Shown here: in pieces, positions 55,240 to 64,000 of the stretch | Layout of the letters: the number at the start of each line of letters is the position of its first letter | How positions within the stretch are numbered: the stretch's first letter is position 1 | Source: Lama glama | Lineage: Eukaryota | DNA length: 64,000 nucleotides | Assembly: GCA_028534125.1 (NCBI GenBank) | Contig: CM052816.1 | Coordinates: 88,228,001-88,292,000, forward strand | Direction of reading: 5' to 3' | Notes under the pieces: generated by a model | Told to the model about the DNA's origin: nothing | What the model saw: only the letters and a program-made list of their open reading frames with translations | Databases searched by the model: none | Position numbers and translations under genes: made by a program

Positions 55240-55760
55240 TGTGAATTCATGCATTCGTAACATTTTTATTGAAGACCCCTTATGTCTAAAACTCTGTGCT
55301 TGGCACTTTGGTGATATGACATACATTCTATCCTTATGTGATAGTAAGAGACACAAGAAGCATACAGTCATCTTTCTGTATCATGGTTGAAGTGGGTTGA
55401 TTCCAGGACCTGCTCCGGATACTACAATCCGTGTATTCTCAAATCCCATTGTTGGCCCTGCTGGGATTCCAAATGGGCAGATTCAACCCTCGCTGAGCCC
55501 AAACATAGCATAGGACCCTCCGTAGGTTGAATTCCTCCATGTGGAACAGTGGACACCAATGGCCCACTGTAATTGCGTGATAATAAAAGACAGCATTAGA
55601 GTTATCACAAGAGGCTATTATAGGCAGGAAGTAAAACGTTATGGAGGAAGGCGAATACTGTGGGCAAAAGTAACAGGATCAGACTTCAGAAAGATTCCTG
55701 AAGTTGGTCTTTAAGGACAGACATGCATGAATAGGGGATGAAATGGGCAAGGAGTGCATG
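55240..55760 (-). mobile_element. L2 3' fragment, interrupted by the MITE at 55365-55569
   Basis: ttcatgcattc..catttttattgaagacccc..ctctgtgcttggcact; purine-rich continuation after the MITE. Confidence 0.5.
55365..55569. mobile_element. MER2/MER8-like Tigger MITE with TA TSD
   Basis: TA-cagtcatctttctgtatc..ttccaggacc..ggttgaat..cccactg-TA. Confidence 0.75.
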
Positions 55761-55790
55761 TTAAATGGAGTGCATGTTAAATGGAGTGCA
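55751..55790. repeat. 16-bp tandem repeat, 2.5 copies
   Basis: ggagtgcatgttaaat twice, then ggagtgca. Confidence 0.95.
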
Positions 55791-55860
55791 CCCAAACAAA
55801 TAAGTATTCAGAGTCAAACAACCTAAGGCGGGAGGCATCTTAAAGCAGATAACAATTCAG

Positions 55861-56045
55861 ACTTGACTCAAGTGGCCTAGATTCCAGTCTTCACTCTGAT
55901 CATAATGATGGCATTGAGCAGGTTATTTAACTTCAGTTTTCTCCTCTGCACAGTGATGACAATAGTGCTTACCTTGTGAAGCTATTATTATGACAATTAA
56001 ATTAAACTATAAAATTAGAATAGTGCCTGGCACATAGTTAATTAC
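55861..56045 (+). mobile_element. MIR SINE
   Basis: tgagcaggttatttaacttcagttttctcctctg..tagaatagtgcctggcacatag. Confidence 0.75.
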
Positions 56046-57206
56046 TATTTCAGTATCATAGTCGTTTCATGAAGCAGCTTACAAGAGATTTACTTGTGAA
56101 AATGTTTAACTGCTAGGCTAAAGGTTTTGATACTTCATCAGATTGCCTAGAAAGCAAATTTGGAAGTATAAATAAATATTTTAAGTGGGATAAAGCATTT
56201 GTCAATTCAAATAAGGAGGTAAGTTGAGGCAAGCTTAAACGACCAGAAATCAAATTTATTTCGAAATAACAGAGGGATTTGCAATTCACAAAACATACAC
56301 TGTTGCCAGCTACATTTGAATCAGTTGAAGGTTTGGGGTAGGCTGTATTCATGAGCAAGGAGGGAAAGATGGGGAGGTCCAGCCAGAGTCCAAGCAAGAG
56401 GTTCACTGGCTTGAAGATGCAGAGGGATTTTTGGCGGATGTTCTTTGGTTGGGAGACGAATCTCAGTCATCTATAGATCAGGCATTTATGAGAAAGCCAT
56501 CTCTCAGCTCTTAAGTTCCAGTCTACTGAGAGTACAAGTGTGAGATTTTTCCATTTCATATCCTATGGTTCCATTTTAATTGAAATCCTTTCCCATGTTG
56601 AAAACATCACACTTCCAAAAGCTAGATTTGTATGTGCAAACAAAGGTGGTATCATTTTGATGGAATAATGGGGATGCTGATTCAGTAATTCTGTGTTAGG
56701 CCTATTCATGCACAATTTAGATAGTGTTCAGGTGATTCTTACCCACCAAGAGAACTGGAAACCACTGGACCCTGTGAATGGAAATCTCTCAGACAGCCTA
56801 AACTCCCATGAAGTCCATTCTGGTATGACTGTTCCAGGAGAAATAGCTTCTTCCTTGGAATTTTTGGAAAGCCTAAAGACTGATAATTTTGTCAGGAAAA
56901 AAAAAAAGCTAACCCCATTACATTTCTGCTCCATCTAGAATCTTGCATGTAACTCTTTAGAATCTAATGTTACCACAGACTTTATTTCCCCAGGCATTCT
57001 TTATGACCATATTTAAGGGAATGAAAACTCTCACTAAACTTATGGTCAAAGTATTCATAGGACTCACCCATCCACATCTCCTTTCTCAAACGTTTTCACC
57101 CTTTCCTCTTATATCTATGTAATGTGATAAATTTATGTCTTATGTGATTACTTTCTTCATCTACTGCTTCCTCCTGAGCATCCTGGGACTCTAAAAAGAG
57201 GAAACT

Positions 57207-57574
57207 TGTGATAGACTGAATAATTGAGTTCCTCTAAAAATGTATATGTTAAAATCCAAACCCCTAATGTAGTGGTTTGAGGAAGTGAGGCCTTTCTGAA
57301 GTAACTAGGCCATGAGGGTAGAGCCCTCCTGAATGAGATCAGAGCCCTTAGAGAAGGAGCCCCGGAGAGAGCTCTCCTCTTGCTACCTTCATGCTCAAGA
57401 GTCAACTAGAGGTTACAGTCTGTGACCTAGAAGAGAGTTCTTACTAAAATCTGACCATGATGACACCCTAGTCTCAGATTTCTAGCTTCTGAAACCGTGA
57501 GGAATACATTTCTATTGTGTGTAAGGCATGCAGTCTATGGTGTTCTGTTATAGGAGCCCAAACCGACTGAGACA
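57207..57574 (+). mobile_element. MaLR solo LTR (MLT1A0-like)
   Basis: tgtgatagactgaat..ccatgagggtagagccctcctgaatgagat..agcccaaaccgactgagaca; similar to 13352-13705. Confidence 0.9.
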
Positions 57575-59171
57575 GAGCCCACACGGAACAAGCTGATATT
57601 CTCCAAGGGCAGTCACTCCTGGGGGAGCTCACTAGCACTCTAGGGAAGGACGGTTATTGTGACTTCCATGTGCAGGCCGTGTGCAGGGCTCCCTCAGATG
57701 TGCACTCGTCAGGCTCATAGTACTGCCTCAGCACCCATGTGTTCCCAGGCTCTAGAAAAGGGAGGTGATCAGTTTCCACGCAAGTAACCAGAGAAGAGTC
57801 TTTCAGGAGAGGGTAGCAAGGATGAAGATCCTGAGGGAGGGTGACACCTGCCATGTTGAATAAACAGTAAGGAGGTCAGTATGGCTGAGGCAGATTCCAA
57901 TGGACTGTCTGTCAACACCAAAGGGAACTACACAGACATGGGAAAGTGATAGTTGATTTGAAGGAGTAGAATGCTGAATAAAAAAATGAACTTAAGCATG
58001 AAGCATTCTAGGAATAGCATTGTTTTGGAGAGAGGTAAAGGATCCCAAGACCCAGAATGTTTGTAGGGCAGTAGAATTTATGCTTTCACATGTGCTTAAC
58101 AGCAGTATCAAATTCTTACACAACTTGGGAAAAGGTCCAGGCAGTGAGAGCAAAGAACACGCTTTGCTGGAATGTACAAGTTGCTCTGGTAAGATGGTGC
58201 ATGACTAGGCTTCACTGCTCTAAGCAAATTTAATAAGAGTGGGAAATAAGAATGTTTATCCTTGGGGTTTAACAGTTTTAATTTAAATACAGTGTCATGA
58301 AAATCTTAAAAGCAATTATCTCTGTTCTACTATTTGGCCCTGTTTTCATCATTTCAGTCTAAAATAATGAGGCCAAGGAGTCCCCCGTGGTTATACCAGG
58401 ACCCTCATCCAACACAAGCCCCTCAACTCTATCCAGGATTTCTGAAAAACAAGAAGGTCAGGCTGTCTTCAGGCTGTCTCTCCACACAGAAGTGTACCAA
58501 GTCTAGATTTCAGGAGCGGGCTTAAAGAAATAGCAGATGGGATGAGAGTGAAAAAATCAGAACATTCGCTGCTAGAATGGAGTGTGCAGAGCTAAAAAGA
58601 AGAGTTGTCATATGTCCTTCCATTCACATCGGCATAATGTGTGTTGGTGTCACTTCTGAGTAATAAAGGAGTACAGGAAGGGAAAGACATTGAGAGACAG
58701 AAGGACAAAGCAAAAACCTGAAGTCTCACATCATTTAAGGTGTCATTTCTTCTAGTACCTGGTTTAGGGTTGTGTCATTCTTGCAAAAGCAGTCCTGAGC
58801 ACCCTTTAAATTATACTTACAATACCTGAAACTGTTCCCAGACACATTTTGGTTGCCATTGTAACCTCTGAGGTTTTTCGTGGAAGAAATACAGGCATTT
58901 CATTATCTCTCTAAGGGAGAGCTCTTTTAAGTGAAGATATGAAGAAATATGTAGTATGTTATCCAACAATGTTAGACATGATTTAAAAGTTATCAAGTAA
59001 TACTTCAATCATTTATTTCTAGATTAAAGGCATGTATTGGCACTATACTAATACGCACACGTACTATTTCCTTTTTACTTTCAGAGTTCATGTAGTGCAT
59101 AAATGCCCTGCATGGTTAAGCCTGACAACCTCTTTATCATGTCTATTAATTCCTGTGAACATTTACTTGTA

Positions 59172-59661
59172 AAGGTGCACCTCAGAGATAAGTGTGGGTT
59201 CGTTTCCAGACCACTGCAATAAAGTGAGTCCTGCCAATTTTCTTGGTTTCCCAGTGCATGTGAAATTCTGTTTCTACTATATTCTGTGTTACTGAGTGTG
59301 CAACAGCATTATATCTGAAAACAATGTACATACCCTTAATTTGAATATGCTTTATTGCTAAAAAAAAACAAAACAAAACTGCTCACCAACATCTGAGCCT
59401 TCAATGAGTTGTGCTCTTTTTTGCAATAGAATCATCAAAGATCACAGGTCACCATAGCACATATAATAATAATGGAAAAGTTTAAAATATGCGGAGAATC
59501 AGCAAAATGTGAGACAGGAGCATGAAGTGTGCAAATGCTCTTGGAGAAACGGCACCGACAGACTAACAATACGCAGAGTGGGCACGAACCTTTAATTGAA
59601 AAAAAAGCAGAATATCTATGAAATGCAATAAAGGGAAGCAGCGTGAAACGAGGTTTGCCTG
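59172..59661 (-). mobile_element. Internally deleted Tigger1 derivative with both ends
   Basis: Reverse-complement homolog of 54315-54749; ends aggtgcacctc.. and ..aaacgaggtttgcctg. Confidence 0.9.
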
Positions 59662-60171
59662 TCTGCCTCGTTTCCCTCCCCTCCTTCTTCCCCATCTTCT
59701 TGGTTAAGTGAGTCTCCTCCTGGTGTGACCCCCACTGGTGACCCCCCGCTTCCCTCCTCTCTTTTTCCCTTTGGCAGCTGCAAACCACGGTGTTACTCTG
59801 GGGAAGTAAATCTAACGAAGCTCCACCGTCCATGGCACTGAGCGCAGGCCCTCCTTCCTGGCTCCTCCGGGGAAGGAAAGGGTGGCCTCTGGGATGCTCC
59901 CTGGTCTTCTTGTTTTTTCTCTCCCAACCTGCGCTTCCCTGCCCACCTCGTTTTCTGTTCTCCTTTTCTTAGGGATTCTCACATGAATTGTATTAATATG
60001 GAAGTGGGACATATGCTAAAGTCTATCTAGGATTTTGGTTCTGTTTCTAATTTCGTGGTTCCTTCCCTTTCCTCCCCCACAACCCTCCAGTTTGTGCATT
60101 AAATTTCGTACAAAACCACTCACCAGAACTGTGGTGTCAGAAAAAGAATATATATTGTTTCTTATCAAATT

Positions 60172-60232
60172 GAAAAAAAAATTGATGTGACTCACTTCAT
60201 TGCAATGGTCTGGAAACGAACTCACAATTATC
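60172..60232 (+). mobile_element. Tigger1 right-end fragment
   Basis: 60189-60232 matches the reverse complement of 59187-59230 at 40 of 44 nt. Confidence 0.8.
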
Positions 60233-61884
60233 CTTGTATAGACACTATGTATTAGCTCTAATTAATTTGAAAAATAAGAGTGCTACTGATTGCATCTCAT
60301 ATATAATTTAGTGTCTGGCACATGGTGGGTACTCAACATGTGTGTGTTACGTTACATGGAGACATGTACAAATAATTTGTGATTAGCTGAAGGATGTCTT
60401 GCAGAAACCAGTGAACCAAACACATATTTAACCAAACTAAATTTTAAAAAATCACACACTTCCTAATTTATGTTTATAAAAAGTGTACATACCTATGGCA
60501 AAATAAAGTGCTAAAAATATTCATTAAACTTTTCTCAACGCTGTGTATCTAATTTTAAAAAGTTTAATAATATCTGCCTTATTGAATATTAACAAAGTGT
60601 TGTTTAACAGTTAATTCAAGTCAAAAGGAACTTTGCGGACTTCCTCTTATAGGCATGAGCTGAGAATGCACGAGAAAGGAGACAGTTTCTGTGCTCAAGG
60701 CCTTTATGGCCAGAATGGCCAGAGGTGGTATTCAAATTATTATAACTTCCTACCAAAGACAGACAGCTAGAGACATGACACATATAGATGTTTCTTTACT
60801 CATAGAAGTAGATTTATGAGATTATCAAATTGTGTAAACCTTCCTTAGTTTCCTAATCTATAATTATACACAGCCTAGTAGGATGTAATGTTCCATGTTT
60901 GGTGTTTACATCTTTAAACTACCAACTCTTTGATTTGTTGTACAGAAAATAACTGCTTGTGTTTCTCTACTGACTGATGCATGTCATAACCCTTCCCAGG
61001 GACAAGCATCCTGGTTCTAAAATAATACTGAATTCATTATCATCATCATTCAATATTTTTAACCAATCTTCAATTTACATTGCTAAAGCCGTTTTTAGAA
61101 TTGCATTTTATGACAGAAGTCATCATCCACCTGAAAATGTCCTACTGCCTGAAAACAACTGAATCAACCCAGAAACATTTGTATTACCTCAGGGTACTCT
61201 CAGCCTTAACCACCCAGTGCTTTATGATTTTGAAAGGCACTTTATTTCATTTAGATACTTTGATTTGTTTTTTCCTCTCTTATTGACTGTTTAAAAATTT
61301 GTTTGTTTAGTGCTTTGGAACTGCCGTGTTGGTAGATAATTGTTAGAGAAGTATTCATACAATGAAAAGATAATATTCTGATTTCTAGAGATAATGTTAC
61401 GAATTTATTTTCCAAAAAATAACATATCTTAATGGCTTTTCTAGTAATAGGGATGATTTTGCAATAAAATTTCAGTACATCTTTACCAGTCTCCTTTTTA
61501 AGTGTATAAACAAAATAAATTTTAGAACAAAACCTATACCCATAAAGTACTTTCTCTGTCTTTATATTGATCTGGCTTACACGCAGACTGAATCTCATTT
61601 TGGGCAGCACCATCTTCATGGAATGCACGGTAGCTGTATCATTTCTTTAAGAACAATTTTCCCCAATACATCCTGTTTCTCAGAGAAACTTCCTAAGGAT
61701 TCTGTTAGTCTCCACTTCTCCATGTGTCAACAGTCGTTGAGTAAACATTTTACTATATAAACATTTATTTTATTAGGAATGTGTTGGAATGAATATGGAG
61801 ATAGGACAGCCAATTAGAAGATACTTTGATAATCCAGACAAAAGATGGCAAAAAAAAATACTGTTTAATTTTAAAACACTAGAA

Positions 61885-62430
61885 ATGTATTAAATAAGAC
61901 TTACTGACTGTCTCTGTGCTAAGCCCTGTTCTAGGCTTTGGGGATACTCAAATTCAGTACAGACAGAAAACATGTAAAAACAATTGCTACTTTCAGCGTG
62001 CTTCATTTCCAGTAGAAAGGAGAAACACAAAACGTGAAACAAGTTAGTTGTACAACCTATTAGGAGATAATTCGTGTTACAGGGAAAAAAAAAGTGAGGA
62101 GGGGTTTGCGAAATTCCCAAATGTAGTCAAGGATAGTGAAATTACAAGGAGGAAGGAGTGCGCTCACTCCAATATGGCGGATGAAGAATGGTGTTCTAGG
62201 CAGGGGGACGTGCAAATGCTTAGAGATGGGAGTGAGATGCACTTATTTGGAGAGACAGTTGGCCAAAATGGCTCATGCGGAGGAGACATGGCAAGAGATT
62301 AGTTCAGGGAATTAGGAGTGGGGAGTCTGATTATTTTGAGCTCTGTATTCTCTAATTCAAAGGACTTTACATTAAATCCTAGTGGGAAGTCACGGGAGGT
62401 TTGGGTAGGGACTTGAAAGGATGACACTGA
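61885..62430 (-). mobile_element. L2 3' portion
   Basis: tgtgctaagccctgttctaggctttggggatac..gtgttctaggcaggggga..gtgggaagtcacgggaggtttt. Confidence 0.75.
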
Positions 62431-62479
62431 TGTAGCTAATTAATTGTATGTTAAAAAATTTACAAGAAATACAAAAAAT

Positions 62480-63210
62480 TTTCACAATGCTTTGGAAAGT
62501 GTTAAAGAATGACCCTGAAAGTCTTTACAGCCAACTTATCTTACTGGCAATGCAAAAAAAAAAAAAAAAAAAAAAAGGATTTAGACAAAAAATCATGTAT
62601 CATCAAGGAAGCACTTGATCTTTCTTCCGCAGTGAAAAGCAGAAATCTCTAGGAAACTATATGGCAATAGAGTAAAATGCAATTCTTTCTCAGCGAAGAC
62701 TGCTTTAAAAATAATTGAAAATATTGCTGCAACTTTAAAGGGAAGAGCATTAGAACAAGTTAGACTGTGTGGCAGGTTTGCTACACAGCAGATGAGAGTA
62801 CAGATATTTCTAAGATGAATCAGCCTAAGGTATTTGCTGGATTCTCCTTCAATAATCAAACAAAATGAAGGGCTGCTTTTTCTATGAGGCACTAAAAGAA
62901 AGATGTATCAGAGGCATCTCTAAGCTCAATAGTAGATGACTTCTTCAATAAAAACTGTGTTTTAGGAGAAAATTGTATACATATAACCTCTCATGGAGTA
63001 GCTACGTGGCATGAATTTTTAAAAGGAATGATGTAATGAACAAATATCATATGTGATCAGAATCTATTACTTTCCTACTTAGTGCTAGAGACCGTCTATG
63101 CATTTTGAGTTGAAATAAACAGGTCTAAATGGCTTTTTATGTAACAAGATTCATGCTTGGGGTAACGTCCTCTAAGCAGACATTATATCCAGGTTTAACA
63201 AAGAACTTCT
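62480..63210 (+). mobile_element. Decayed hAT-Charlie/Buster-type transposase fragment (contains A23 at 62554-62576)
   Basis: Frame-jumping translation: KSCIIKEALDLSSAVK..IIENIAATLKGRALEQVRLCGRFA-/DESTDIS(62791-62811)..VFAGF..EGLLFYEALKERC..VDDFFNKNCVLGENCIHITSHG..ADII; collinear with Charlie transposase motifs DESTD, LLFC, TDGA and LADIF. Confidence 0.75.
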
Positions 63211-63870
63211 TTTATGTTATCCGATGGGTTTTACTTATCAGACCACGCTTTATAAAATGTTAAAATAAAAGCACTGTCACCATGCCCTGAGGGTCAGTAA
63301 TTCTGAATTAGTAGGACAAATTGAGGGCTAATATTAAAGAGCTAAGAATATTCTGATGAACAACCTACACTTCTCATTTTCTGAGATACAGCTGGTAACA
63401 GTATCATTTTCCTTTTTTGCTACAAAAGTATGCTTTAGACGTATAGTTAAAGACAACGTGTGACTACTTTGAATGGTTTTAAAACCATTTCATAGCACTC
63501 AGCAACTGGATAAGAGGATCTAAAATTCCTTTACTAACATTCAAACATATTGTTAACATGCTTGCACGTGTAAATGCATACACGTTCGAGTGGTCATTTG
63601 AAATCTTCCTTTCAAAATAGGTATAACATGAGCTATCCTGCAGTCTGAGTTTTTAACCCTTCATCAATAAACACGACCTTTCTTTTTACTATTATAATCT
63701 GAGCCTGATTTACTTTTTCCCTTTCTTCTTTTTTTCCTCCTCCTATCTTTCTTTCCTTCCCATTCTTTTTCCTTTACTCATTCCTTATATGCCTCCTGTT
63801 TTTTTTTTAACTTGCTGTCATCCAGGATTTTTTTGTAATCAAAAACATCTGATTGTAAATTATTTTTGAG

Positions 63871-64000
63871 TGTGGTAGGCTGAATGAATAGTTCCCCTTG
63901 ACCCAATCCTGCAAAAGACAATGGCCACCCCTGAAACCAGTTACAATGGTTTCCTTAAATGCTAGAAAGGTCTTTACAGATGTGATTGAGGTAGGGTCAG
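63871..64000 (+). mobile_element. Start of a MaLR LTR (MLT1C/D-like), running off the window
   Basis: tgtggtaggctgaat..cccctgaaacc..ctttacagatgtgatt. Confidence 0.7.

Noticed and set aside
1..64000. CRISPR arrays, operons or prokaryotic defence systems
   Set aside because: The sequence is mammalian repeat-rich DNA; its direct repeats have only 2-2.5 adjacent units and no unique spacers

Overview
This is AT-rich mammalian non-coding DNA (intergenic or deep intronic), most likely from a camelid. The basis for that call is a tRNA-derived SINE resembling camelid Vic-1 at ~24855, cetartiodactyl-type L1 3' ends, and no Alu, Bov-A/tA or PRE elements seen. I cannot support any host protein-coding gene, tRNA, rRNA or CRISPR array. 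The recognisable ORF-track entries are decayed transposon fragments; the rest look like chance ORFs or cross a 500-N assembly gap. Much of the window is fossil repeat: L1 (young and old), L2, MIR, MaLR/ERVL solo LTRs, Tigger and MER5 elements, and a decayed hAT-Charlie transposase. All family names come from recognising consensus motifs by eye, not from a database search. I found no convincing new biological system. The features most worth checking are: (1) a GC-rich, terminal-exon-like segment bracketed by inverted Tigger1 ends (59172-60232); (2) an old local duplication whose copies look like exons with ACCATGG (2659-2891 and 4007-4265); (3) an unclassified solo LTR with a 5-bp TSD (49142-49524); (4) a 66-nt fold-back (24273-24338); (5) a motif-dense candidate enhancer (~19480-19800); (6) perfect young tandem duplications.
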